Part shown: piece after piece, positions 39,656 to 51,520 of the stretch | Layout of the letters: the number at the start of each line of letters is the position of its first letter | Position numbering within the stretch: position 1 is the stretch's first letter | Assembly (NCBI GenBank): GCA_951406725.2 | Contig: OX597821.1 | Span: 117,676,001 to 117,740,000 of the forward strand | From: Octopus vulgaris | Taxonomy: Eukaryota | Direction: 5' to 3' | DNA length: 64,000 nt | Notes under the pieces: generated by a model | Told to the model about the DNA's origin: nothing | What the model saw: the letters and a program-made list of their open reading frames with translations, nothing else | The model's database searches: none | Position numbers and translations under genes: made by a program

Positions 39656-39779
39656 AATGTTAATGATGCTACTGTTGTCAGTGGCCCAGCAAAAAAAAAA
39701 AAAAAAAATTGCTTAGTGGGTAGAAACCCAGGTTCAAATTTTTTAAATGAAAAATGTGAATTTATTTCAATGTCAACAT

Positions 39780-40375
39780 TATCAGAGACCTGGATCACTT
39801 ACCGCAGTCACATCCGTCTCCTCGAGCGTTTCCACCAGCGATGTCTCCGCACCATCCTCAACATTCACTGGAGTGACTTCGTCACAAACATTGAAGTCTT
39901 GGAGCGGGGAGATCCCCAGCATTGAAGCCATGCTACTGAAGTCCCAGCTCCGATGGGCAGGGCATGTCACCAGAATGGAGAACCATCGCCTTCCTAAGAT
40001 TGCCCTGTTTGGCGAACTCTCCACCGGCCACCGTTAGAGAGGAGCTCCGAGGAAGCTACAAAGATTGCCTCAAGAAGTCTCTAACAGCATGTCATATTGA
40101 CCACCAATGCCGGTCAGACCTGGCTGCGGACCGTGATGTCTGGCGCCACACGATCTTCAACGCAGTCAGCAAGTTTGAGGAACAAAGGAAAGATGCACTT
40201 AAAGACAAGAGACGCAGGAGGAAGGTGCGAGCCGCCTCTGATACCACACCGGATGTTACCTTCGTCTGTGGACACTACTCACGGACCTGCCTTTCCCATA
40301 TCGGACTTGTCAGTCATGAGCGTGCATGCACGCGACGTGGACAGCCTTCCTGATCTTCGTTCGCGAAGCTGAGCC

Positions 40376-40405
<30 letters not shown>
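39780..40405 (+). mobile_element. RTE (BovB-like) LINE 3' fragment with (GAT)n tail
   Basis: [48 protein letters not shown], terminal C2H2-like CGHYSRTCLSHIGLVSHERAC. Confidence 0.9.
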
Positions 40406-40409
<4 letters not shown>

Positions 40410-40649
40410 TCATGACAAATGCAGGTATAGATGGGGAAGGTTTTGCATACAAGAGGGGAGAGGAGAAGGATAGAGAAATGGATAGAAAAGAGAGAAAGTC
40501 ATGCACCAAATAATATTGAACACTGTGTGGGATACCTCTGAGTGGGAACAGAAGTGGGGTGTGTGATATTACATTGACTAACAACCATAAAATGTTGCAC
40601 AGAAAGTCACTACACACACACACACACACACACGCACGCACGTATATAT

Positions 40650-41215
40650 ATATAATGATGAAGGAGATTGTTGTATACAGTGCTCAGGTGCACTACAACT
40701 AAATAAATAATAAAAAAAGGCCATCAGGTGTAGTGCTGGCGGATTTCAGTACACATGGAAATTTTGAAGGATGTAGTGTCTCGACATCTAACAACTGATG
40801 CAGGAAGTTTATTCTATGCTTCGGCAATTCTGAAAATCATGGGTGTTGTATTGTTTTATGATTTTATAAGCATGTCCGCGAATGTTTGACATATGGAATT
40901 CAAAAAGGTGCCCAAGGTTGTTGTTAGAAAGATGGTGAAAAATCTTCTGGGTGTCAACCAAGTCAGTTGCCAGACATCTGAGGTCCAATGTATCCATGTC
41001 CAGGGATGCAAGACGTTCAGAATATGGTGGATGTCTGGCGGCGGGTATTAGTTTTGTTGCACATTTCTGAACAGTTTCCAGGAGATTTATATGCTGAGCA
41101 AGATATGGGTTCCAGACTGGTGATGAAAATTCCAAGTGTAGAGAGCTGGAGAGCGGCTGACTAAGGTCTTACTGAGTGATGCTAGTACCCTCTCAGCCTT
41201 CCTGACGATTTCCCT
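40650..41215 (-). mobile_element. Older CR1-clade LINE 3' fragment
   Basis: EFSSPVWNPYLAQHINLLETVQKCATK, YSERLASLDMDTL. Confidence 0.8.
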
Positions 41216-42816
41216 AACCCTTTTTTCCGAACAAAAATGAGTTTGTAACACATTAAGAGGTCAGGGTACTTGGTTCAACGCAAAAATCCGAGGGTTTCTT
41301 TTTTCTTAGTGAAACGCGTGCGAGTGTACTTCCCAAAATTTACCTAAACTTCTAAACCCGACCCTTTTTCTACAGAGTTTCACAATTTCAATGAAATTTG
41401 CCCGCACTGAATGTTTTTTTCTGAATAAGTTAATTTTTCGCTTGTTCACATAATTATACACGCCTCAGTTTATCTAGCAGTCAAGAATTTTTCAGAATAT
41501 TACAAGAACATTCCAGAATGTTAATTGAAATATAATGACATCTTATCCAGAAAAATAAATAACGAAGTGTTAATAAACTTAAAATGGTGAGCATGGATCG
41601 AAGAGACAACTCAAAATCAAAAGCTTAAAATAAGTTCCTGCAATATTTTCTAAAGGGTGTTCTGAGAAACCCTTGTATTTCACTTTTATAAAAACCTGCA
41701 TTTCCGATAATACAGAGTTCTTGTAATAAAATTTAATAAAAGTTTATAAAGGAAAGAGAATGGTATTCACTATTTTAAAATAAGTTGAATTATTTTAAAA
41801 ACGAAGAAAGTAATTAAAACACAAGGAACATAGATGTTTTGAGGGACATAGATGTTTTTCGATTGAATATATTTTGTTTACTTAAAAATTGGAATTCTTC
41901 AAGGTGGTACCCCAGCATGGCCGGCCGCAGTCTAAAAACTGCAACAAGTAAAAATAATTCTGGGGACGATACATTCAACTAAAAGTTCTAAAAACGAAAA
42001 AACAACCGAAAAATATAACCGTGGGGCTTTTGACCTAGGGGGCTTTTGACGGAGAGCTGATAGAATTGTTACCGTGCAAGAAAAAAAAAGGCTTAGCGAC
42101 ATTTCTTCTGATAATTACCAGTTGAACACTAGGGCTGATGTAACTGACTTATTCCCTACCCCGACATTGCTGGTCTTGTGCCAAAATTTGAATTCAGTAT
42201 TTGCCGGATGGAGGCATGTGGATTTGTGACTCACGATCGCAAGATGGTGGTTTCCATTGTCGGAACGGGCGATGTGTTGTGTTTGTGAGCAAAACACTTC
42301 ACGTTGCTCCAGTCCACTCTGATATATGAGAAATCGAGTAGCGTTGCGAGAGCCAGGTAACTCTTTCATAAAGCGTGCTGCCTTCTCGCTCACTCATACG
42401 TCATGGAAACTGGGTAACCGGCCTCAGTGGGTCCTACGACTCATGGCTATAATGCCCGGCGGTTGACAATGACAACGATGAATATTGGTTTCAAATTTTG
42501 ACACAAGGCTAGCAATTTCGGAGACTGGGAGTAAGTCGATTATATCAGCCCAAGTGTTCAACCGGTATTTATTTTATCAGCCCCAAAAGAATGAAAGACA
42601 AAATCGACCTCGGCGGAATTTGAACTCGGGACGTAAAGGCAGACGAGATGCTGTTAAACATTTTGCCCAACGTACTAACGATTCTGCCTGCTTGTTGCCT
42701 TACTTAATGATGAATATTAACAGGCATCAAAGGACGTCGCTTGCGCCCGTCCGGATTGGAACTCGGAACATAAAGGAATCCCAAAACAGCATTTTGTCCG
42801 ACGATTAAACACTTTC

Positions 42817-43254
42817 TGGATTTTTTCGGTTTGACCGGCAGTCTTTTCTAGCGGTGTCATATGAAATTGTCACCCATAATTATGACCCTAGTATCGATCT
42901 ATTGCATTTCATTCTGTTTTAGGGTTAGAGTTAGGGTTAGTTAGGGTTAGGGGTGGGGGGAAGGGTATCTTTTTTTTCATCAGAATTGTAAATAAACCCA
43001 ATCTGCTTCTTAAACGAGGGACATATTCATACGGCACAGAATGTTTTCACCTCAATAGACGTCATTGATTGGTTGAAATTGCAGAAATTGAAGAAAAAAC
43101 AACAACAAATATCTTACAAACTATAGTATTTTCTCAATAAAGCCAAGAGAAAAAAGATGTTTTATAAACGCATTCTACCAGTATACGAAGTTTAAAAGTG
43201 TTTAGTTACGTGGAAATTACTTTAAAAAACTGCCGGTCAAACCGAAAAGATTCC
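42817..43254 (+). mobile_element. Non-autonomous TIR element with 6-bp TSD and internal TTAGGG-like tract
   Basis: TIRs GGATTTTTTCGGTTTGACCGGCAGT / ACTGCCGGTCAAACCGAAAAGATTCC; ACTTTC at 42811-42816 and 43255-43260. Confidence 0.8.
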
Positions 43255-44989
43255 ACTTTCTTTCCAGTCGACAACCATCCTTGAAAGATAAATGAGAAAC
43301 GGAACAGATGGCTCCATGTTACATAACAAGAGAACGTCGTGACTATTTTGTATGGAGATGAACTTTTACTGACATATTTGCTCTGCCTTCTACCCAACCT
43401 TTTGCATTTCTATATTACTATGTATCAAAATAGAATAAAATATATATAATAAAACTATAGTGTCATTAAGAAAGCTAAACAATGAAAAATCAGACAATGA
43501 TACACTGGCAAACTAAATGTCTGTAATTTTGCAACGGTGAGTTAATTAGAAGTTGCAACAATGAAAATCATTCCAGGCAAACACGTTTTTGATCCTGGAC
43601 TGTCTTGTTTGTGTGTTAAAGTATTTGAGTTTGTTTTCAACAGAAGGTTGTGTTGTCATTTATTTATTCTTATATCTCATTCTTTCATTCTATTTCTTTA
43701 TGACAGTGGTTTGATGTTGAGGCCTGACAACCTTCATTCACCATGTCTTTATATTTAAGCCGGACAAAGAACATTTTCTTTTTACTCAAAATTACCCCAT
43801 TTTTAAAGAAATGTTTCAAAATGCTATTATTACCGAGAGTGTTATACAAGGGAAACCCTTCAAAACCTTTCTTTCATATATTAGCATTATTGTTGGACAT
43901 AAAACCCCGGCTAATATATATATGTGGCAGTAAGGAACACTTAAGGGATTTCTTACAAATTAAAAGCAGTAGAGACATCACCAACAATAGGTGACAAGAA
44001 GTGTTGTCCTCAAGAGACAACCCCGACAACAGGTCATAAACAGGTGTTGTTCTCAAGAGACATGAAGGACAACAGATAACAGCAGGTGTTGTGCTGTCCA
44101 GAAATACCACTGACAGCTTGTCACAAGCGTTGTTGTTCTCAAGAGACCAGAGGAAACGGCGAAAGGCGAAAACAAGTGTACACAACGATCACAGCGTTGT
44201 ACTCTGTAATAGATAGCAAAAAGAAAGGCTTTTACGATCGTTGAGAAAAAACAGTTCAGCTACTGCTCATATTTATAGCAGCAAATCATTTAAGGGCCGC
44301 GTACCCACAAGAGATGAACAGAAGCAGAAATAGTGGCAGATCATGAGGTTCTGCTTCTACTCAAGCAATGTTACACACAAAATCGTAGTTACTGGAAGAA
44401 ATCGCTTCGTTCCCAGTTCCAGAAGTCGACCAGGAAACCGAGGGACTCTTTCTTCCGACAATAAACTAAAGCAAAGACTGTGCTGAGACGGAAAGAGAGC
44501 GCAATCGACAGCAACAACAGAAAGTTCCGAAGGAAGTGGACGATGCTGAACGTTTTGGAAGAGTTTAAAAAAAAATCGAACTCACGACCCAACGTTCATG
44601 AATCAAATACTCTTAACTCTGTGCTGCACATCAACAAACAGCAGGACATGGACCCTTTCTTGCCTATTACAAGAAATCAAAGACCGTTCCTTGATTACCA
44701 ACCTTAAACAGTACATGCAAAATTTGAAGAGTACGCACCTCCCATCGAAGTGTAGATGTTTGCCCTCATTAAAACATATATCTTGTTTCCCTTGTTGTGC
44801 GATTTCCTATTATATTTCTTTATTGTCTTTAAACATTGTATACTTTTTTGGCAATGTTTAACTCATCCATTCTTCTCATCCTTTGTGTGTTCTATTTTGA
44901 TATACTTAGTATATCAAAAGCCCACACTTTAAGCACATTTTCATTGTTGTATAACTATTCCTTAATGGCAAATTAAAATCAGTTGTTGT

Positions 44990-45290
44990 TGTTGTTATTC
45001 TTCTTCTTATTATTATTTTTCCTTCCTTCAAATTTTCTTCCGTTTCTCGCCGAATGTTTTCCGTACACCTAGGGTAGAGAAGTTCGTTGTATGCATTCCC
45101 TGATTACACACGCAAATTCACAGGTAAAATATGTATTAAAAAAATTAATGAATAAATAAATTCATGACTGGATGTTGTTTTCACAGCGATAATGCTCTTC
45201 TCAGTACATGAGCCGTTCCAGTTAACACGATTTTTTGCACATCCTGCAGGGATGATAAATCTGGTACCATTTTCAAATAGGTTTCTGTAC
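44990..45290 (-). mobile_element. R4/Dong-type non-LTR retrotransposon 3' end
   Basis: Minus strand VPDLSSLQDVQKIVLTGTAHVLRRALSL*, adjacent to a (TAA)n tract. Confidence 0.7.
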
Positions 45291-45291
45291 C

Positions 45292-45344
<53 letters not shown>

Positions 45345-45362
45345 ATCATCATCATCATCATC

Positions 45363-45730
45363 ATTACCTTCGCCTTAGCGAAGGCTGAGGTATTGTTGTT
45401 AGTAGTGTTTGTTTGCTTGTCGGAGGACTAGATATCTCAAGAACCGTTGCATGGATTCGGATGAAATTTTCAGGGATGTTTCGCCTCATGACTGGCACGA
45501 ACTGATTAGATTTTGGGATCGATCCGGTACCGGACAAAGATTCTAGATTATTTTTACGTTTTTTTGTTTTACTTAATTTTTTAGAGCGGTCGGGTTCATT
45601 TTTAGTATTCTCGTTTGTGAGAGCAATCGAGATTATTTCAGATATTCTCATTTTAAAAATCATCTCCAGCTGATCGTTGAGAGGACATTGCTGTTGCCTT
45701 GGCGGAGGTTTGTGCTCTCCGAGCGCTCTT
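45363..45730 (+). mobile_element. Helentron-associated (HINE/DINE-like) non-autonomous element
   Basis: Sub-terminal IRs TTACCTTCGCCTTAG / CCTTGGCGGAGG followed by a short 3' hairpin GTGCTCTCCGAGCGC. Confidence 0.55.
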
Positions 45731-45937
45731 GTTGTTGGCAGAATCGTTAGCACGCCGGGCGAAATGCGTAGCCGTATTTCGTCTGCCGTTACGTTCTGAG
45801 TTCAAATTCTGCCGAGGTCGACCTTGCCTTTCATTCTTTCGGGGTCGATAAATTAGGTACCAGTTGTGTACTGAGATCGATATAATCGACTGGCCCTTTT
45901 CCCCAAAATTTCAGGCCTTGCGCCTATAGTAGAAAGG

Positions 45938-46005
<68 letters not shown>

Positions 46006-46243
46006 AGTGGCGAACTGGCAGAATCGTTAGGACGCCAGGCGAAATGCTTGGCGGTATTTCGCATGTCGCTACGTTCTGAGTTGAAATTCCGCGGAGGTCG
46101 ACTTGGCCTTTCATCCTTTCGGGGGTCGATTAATTAAGTACCAATTACGCCCTGGGGTCAATGAAATTGACTTAATTCCCTCCTCCAAGCTGCCCTTGTG
46201 GCAAAATTTGAAATCATTATTACTATTATTATTATTATTGTTG

Positions 46244-46295
<52 letters not shown>

Positions 46296-46296
<1 letters not shown>

Positions 46297-46845
46297 GAGT
46301 GAGAGAGCAGTGCATGCCGTCAAAATGACACAGGAGTACAAATATACGAATCCCAGTATTACTCATCATGACTACCCGTCAGGCACATGCATCCTAACTA
46401 TATGTGTGCAACATGGTGATTTCATGTCAAAATAAACAACGTATGGCCTTGCAGGTGGGGGCTCAGTTAGAATTTTCCTCAGGTCGAGTAGCCTATCCCG
46501 CACAAAAGGTCCCTGAATAAGGTTTGTTTATGGATGTTGAACGAAGCACCCATGTTTCCAGTGGTGAATTATCCAGACCTCAAAGAATCTCTCTCAACAC
46601 ATGGCTATGATGCTCCCCGCAAATACTTCTGCTCAAGATCAGCGATGCACCTATCATCAGCCACTAAGAGACATACTCAATTGGTTAAGGTCAAACAACT
46701 GGACAAGCAGATCTGTGGTATTGAGCAGTATATTTGCTGTAGCCCATCTTTTATACAAAGACAAAACAATGTACACGATACCACTTCCAATCAGTTAAAA
46801 CCAGAAGCCATGAGAGCCACTGCCTGGTACTGCATCAAGGCACTT
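46296..46845 (+). mobile_element. About 500-bp repeat adjoining (TAA)n; inverted copy at about 49585-50060
   Basis: The two copies are reverse complements (e.g. GCCCATCTTTTATAC / GTATAAAAGATGGGC); family not identified. Confidence 0.7.
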
Positions 46846-46864
46846 ATAACAACAACAACAACAA

Positions 46865-47135
46865 TAATTTTATTGCCTTTGCACAGCTTCTAAGGCTGGA
46901 GATGTACTACAGTGTCAGCTGTTCATTACCAGTGAACTAAGGTAACACTCCTTTTTTTCGAGCAGCATCCGGAGTATTAAAGCGGTTCCAAGCAGTGCTG
47001 TTTTCTGCAAGTGCTCCACTCTTATTGTAGCCCCTATTTGTCCCATGTACTTCAAAAATGTTTTACTCACTGTTCTCAGGGCTCCGATAATTATTGGTAC
47101 GCTTACCACCTTTTCATCGACCACAACTGTTTAAG
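46865..47135 (-). mobile_element. R4/Dong-type retrotransposon 3' end
   Basis: VVSVPIIIGALRTV...LQKTALLGTALILRMLL is the C-terminus typical of RLE-bearing R4/Dong ORFs. Confidence 0.75.
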
Positions 47136-47699
47136 CTCCCAAGCGAACCTGACATATCTCCCATCTCTCCCATCAGCCCTCCCACAGAAGAAGACTTTCC
47201 TCTCCTCATATCACTCACTCCTAGCGAGAACAACAACAACAGTAGCAACCTAAGCAATGTGAAAAATCGCGAAGCTTATGAAATTAGTTACAACAAAAAC
47301 AGCAGCAGTGACAGGAGTGTCGATGGTAGAGATGGCAGAAACAGTAGTGATGGGGGAAGTGGAGGCAGCAAAGGCTTCAACGCCACGACAGGCAGTAGCA
47401 GTAACGAAAACGGCAACAATAACAGCATCAGATGCAGTGATAGTAACACAGACGGCAGCAGCAGAACCAATAATAGCAGTGGTAGAGAAGAAATTGAAAG
47501 CAGCAGTGGTAGCGGTGATGATGGCAACAAAACAAGTGACTACAACCCCACCACTACAATAAACAGTAACAACAGCAGTAGCAACAATAACAACGGCAAT
47601 AAAGCTAAAACGAAAACAACAATACCAATATTACCATCACCACCACCACCAACAACAACAACAATACGTTCCCAGCAGCAAACACGAGACCACGTTACA

Positions 47700-49292
47700 A
47701 CATAGACCTCACAAACAAAGAGGAAAAGTTGGTCCTTGCCTGGAAACTCATCAAACATGAGCAAACCTGGGCCAACGTAACCATTCCAAAAGAGGCAATT
47801 GAAGCAGTGGAGAAAATAACAGTTCATTTCAGATGCTTCTCAGCAGAGACAAAGAAACTGGCAATAATAGCACAAGCAGATATTGAAGTTGCGCTGAGAT
47901 GTATCAGAGATGATGCCGAATACGTAGCGAAAGGCAGACAATACGGCATCATTTCGGTGCTTTTTAAGTCAGAAGCCCTCGTTACAAAGGACTCAATGAC
48001 CCCTTGCAAAACCAGCAAGGTCATTATGTACCCATCCCATATGGTGAAAAGAATAGAGCGTGTTCGCATTCCAAGGATTCCACCAGGACTAGACATGTGG
48101 TGGCTTCTGGGATACGTAATCGAGCAAGGGTCAGATACCGTCCCGATAGAGGTGACAAAGACTGCCAGGGAGGACTGGTCCAGGGTGTATCTGGAGACAC
48201 TTCTCCAGATCAAGCCCGAAAACTTCAAAAGTAATCCAGACCACATCCGTCTCCAAAACGGGACGGTATTGCAGATAATGTGTGAGAGCAGAAGCTGCAT
48301 TGTTTCGTTTGTGGAGAAAGTACTTATTTGCGAGTCTTTTGCCCTCAAGGGATAAAAGGTGCAAGGGGTCAAAGGCCTCCACTGCTGCCTACGCCGGGAC
48401 GAGGACCACAACCAACACCAGTACCAGCACCGGCAAAACCACCAGCAACAAGAAACATTAACCACCCTAGGGGGAAACGAGAAACGCTCTCCCACCCCCC
48501 AATAAATACACACATAAATAAGAATATAAACATACACACAGACACAGACACACTTACAGCCTCCTCTTCAAATTCTTGTGGCGGGGATAGGTTCTGTTGG
48601 TGAGGCGGTCCATCTGCTGCCAGCACCTTCTCCGGGGAGGGCTGGGCATACCGTGGCTAATGATACGTAGACATGCATTGAGGTTGCGGCATCTCCAGAT
48701 ATTCTGCCTGAACGGTGAACAGGTGTGGTCAGTGTTTGTTAAACAGGGCTTCCACCAGCTCATCTCCTTGACTGAGCTGCAGCCCTGGGTCTAGAAGAGA
48801 CGCAGACAGGATGAGTGGCATCTGAAATGTTGCCAGGCACTCACTGCCCTCTACCAGGCAGGAAACTTGGTCAGTGGAACACCCACTCTTGAGTTCTGTA
48901 GAGGTTTAGTGGTGGAAAAGTGCGATGACACACTTGTAGAGGCGCTGGGTGTTGATGAAGTCGAAGTGACCAGCCTGGGACCATGGATAACTTCCAGAAA
49001 TCCCTTGCTTGGCATTGCTACCAGGGGGAACTGACGGTTCAAGATAAACTCTACAGGCACGGAAGTGCTGTCAGACGGACCTGCCCGAGGTGCGCGCAGA
49101 GCGACGAAATCGATCTTCACGCACTCGTCCAATGTCCATGCATTATTGATTTGTGGAACAGTTGTCGCATGTAGGACGGATTCGGCTATCGGCCGAGTCC
49201 ATAGTGACGATTGACCCGCCACCTTCCTTTGGTCTGGAAGGGCAGGCAATTTTCCTCTGTCTGGTAGCAGTAGCGAAAGAGGTTGTATGGTG
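47700..49292 (+). mobile_element. Degenerate Tx1/L1-clade LINE: ORF1-like part and ORF2 C-terminal zinc finger
   Basis: 208-aa ORF1-like frame at 47729-48355 (weakly assigned); SLAWHCYQGELTVQDKL...TCPRCAQSDEIDLHALVQCP is a zf-RVT motif. Confidence 0.65.
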
Positions 49293-49294
49293 CA

Positions 49295-49519
49295 TTAGGT
49301 ATGATAACAAATATTCAGACAAATACGTAACAAAAGCACAAGGACTAACAAATATATATAACATACAGAAAATAGCACTACGAGGCACAGCACACGTCCT
49401 ACGTAAAACACTTTCAATTCAGTAACCGTAAGAGCATCACAGCAAACAACAGCACATAACAGAGGCACACAGAGCTTCGTTCAGTAGTGCAATGAAAGCA
49501 CATTATAAAAATAAAACTA

Positions 49520-49582
<63 letters not shown>
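49295..49582 (+). mobile_element. R4/Dong-type 3' end with (TAA)n tail
   Basis: NIQKIALRGTAHVLRKTLSIQ*, short 3' UTR, then a long (TAA)n run. Confidence 0.75.
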
Positions 49583-49583
<1 letters not shown>

Positions 49584-50353
49584 TCATGTACATTGTTTTG
49601 TCTTGGTATAAAAGATGGGCTACAGCAAATATTCTGCTCAATACCACAGATTTGCTTGTCAGTTCTTTGACCATAACCAGTTGAGCATGTCCCTTAGTGG
49701 CTGACCATATGTGCATCGCTGATCACGAGCAGAAGTAGTGGGGGAGCATCACAGCCGTGTGTTGAGAGAGATTCTTTGGGGTTTGAATAATTCACCTCTA
49801 GAAACATGGGTGTTTCGTTCAACATCCTTAAACAACCCTTTTTCAGGGACCTTTTGAGCGGGATGGGTTACTCGACCAGAAGAAAATTCTAACTGGGCCC
49901 TACCTGCAAAAGTCATGTGCTGTTTATATTGATATGAGATCACCATGTCGTGCACACATGGTTGTGATGCATGTGCCTGGTGTACCCTTATCAGACGGGT
50001 AGACAGGATGGGTATACTGGGCTTCGTATATTTTACCCCAGTGTCACTTTGATGGCATTTTGTGTCACTTTGATGGCATTAGTAGTAGTAATAGTAACTA
50101 GTTTTTTTATTTTCCCAATTCCACCCTCACTCTCTCTCGTTCTCCTTCTCTCTCTTTCTTTCTCTCCCTCTGTGTGTATAGATAGATAGATAGATAGGTA
50201 TAGATATATATATATAGATATACATACACATATATGTATACATACACATACATATGCACATACACATGCATATACATACACACTCACCCACATACATACA
50301 TACATACAAGCCTTCCCTTTATTTTCTCTCTTATTCTCTACTAGCGCACATAC

Positions 50354-50462
50354 CACCATTATATTCTGTCAACTGTTGAGATCCAATAACAAAAGGATAG
50401 CAAACCCAAACAAAGCAAAAGGAACTGAGGAGCCGACATGAAATGACATGAATTTATACCAT
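50354..50462 (-). CDS. Candidate first (signal-peptide) exon of the LRP2-like gene, with in-frame TAA at codon 3
   Basis: ATG GTA TAA ATT CAT...: MV*IHVISCRLLSSFCFVWVCYPFVIGSQQLTEYNG then G|gtatgt, phase 1, which matches the exon at 37736. Unique sequence between repeats with E-boxes just upstream. Confidence 0.45.
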
Positions 50463-50507
50463 TCTGTTACCTCCTTAATCAAACCCTTGCCAAATAACAC
50501 CAAACGT

Positions 50508-50544
50508 ACACGTGACTTCCTTCAAGCCACAAACCTCACGTGAC
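50508..50544 (-). promoter_or_regulatory. Two GTCACGTG (CLEAR-like/E-box) motifs upstream of the candidate first exon
   Basis: Minus-strand GTCACGTGT (50508-50516) and GTCACGTGA (50536-50544), 28 bp apart, about 45-80 bp upstream of the ATG at 50462. Confidence 0.4.
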
Positions 50545-50814
50545 CCATCTTTCGTTTCATGTAATTTATCTAATAATTATCAAAAGCATGTTTACTCTGT
50601 TTTCCTTTGGTAATACACACACACACGCACACACATACACACACATATACATATACTCATCTATCTATCTGCTAGTCTGTCTGTCCGTCCGTCCGACAGT
50701 CTGTCTGTCTGTCTGTCTCTGTCTCTCTCTATATATATGTATATATATATGTGTGTGTGTGTGTGTGAGTGTGTGTGTTGGTGTGTGTACACACACACAC
50801 ATATATGCATAGCG

Positions 50815-51000
50815 GCATCAGTTTGGTGGACAAAGTTAATGGCCACCTCTCGGAACCGTTTCAGATATCCCGATCGCTCCGTCAGGGGTACCCTCTCTCC
50901 TCCTTGCTGTACGTATTGACCGTTGAACCTTTACCGCGAAAGCTGGAGCTGCTGCAGGCTATCCCGCTCAAACCGGGACGCGAAAGGGCTGTGTCTGCGT
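50815..51000 (+). mobile_element. Tx1/L1-type reverse transcriptase fragment
   Basis: VNGHLSEPFQISRSLRQGYPLSSLLYVLTVEPL matches the RQGCPLSPLL RT motif. Confidence 0.75.
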
Positions 51001-51204
51001 CCGAGGAGAGCGGTTTATTTCAAATTGCTGGAATGTATTCACTGATGGATTAAATGGAGTCGCTTGAAACGGCCGTAATGCACTGATACCTAGACATCCT
51101 TGTTACTCATTTGCTTTTTATTCACCTAATTTTGAGTTGCGCAGATTATACCGAACTGGCTTGGTACCTCAATTTAAATGCCTAATAATCTTACTTATTT
51201 CTTT

Positions 51205-51258
<54 letters not shown>

Positions 51259-51449
51259 TCACTCATATATATATTCAATCATATACTCGTGAATCTCATT
51301 AGAAACAACATGGACCCATTTTCTTCTTAAGAAAAATATATTTTCATATAAATTAAACATTGTATCATGAATAGCGATTGCGAAACCGGTCGATACATTA
51401 AAAATTATACAATAACCATGTAAGTGTGCGTATTTTCCGTTTTTATTTT

Positions 51450-51520
<71 letters not shown>

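Noticed and set aside
42918-42960. TTAGGG repeats suggesting a telomere (also near 61780 and 61975)
   Set aside because: Only a few imperfect units, internal to a TIR element.
43900-44720. Possible gag zinc-knuckle relic (YICGSKEHLRD) with repeated TGTTGTTCTCAAGAGAC motifs
   Set aside because: The motif is incomplete and I found no LTR, protease or RT nearby; too weak to call.
47094-47705. 203-aa Ser/Asn/Gly-rich ORF
   Set aside because: Low-complexity degenerate trinucleotide sequence between LINE fragments; at most part of a decayed ORF1.
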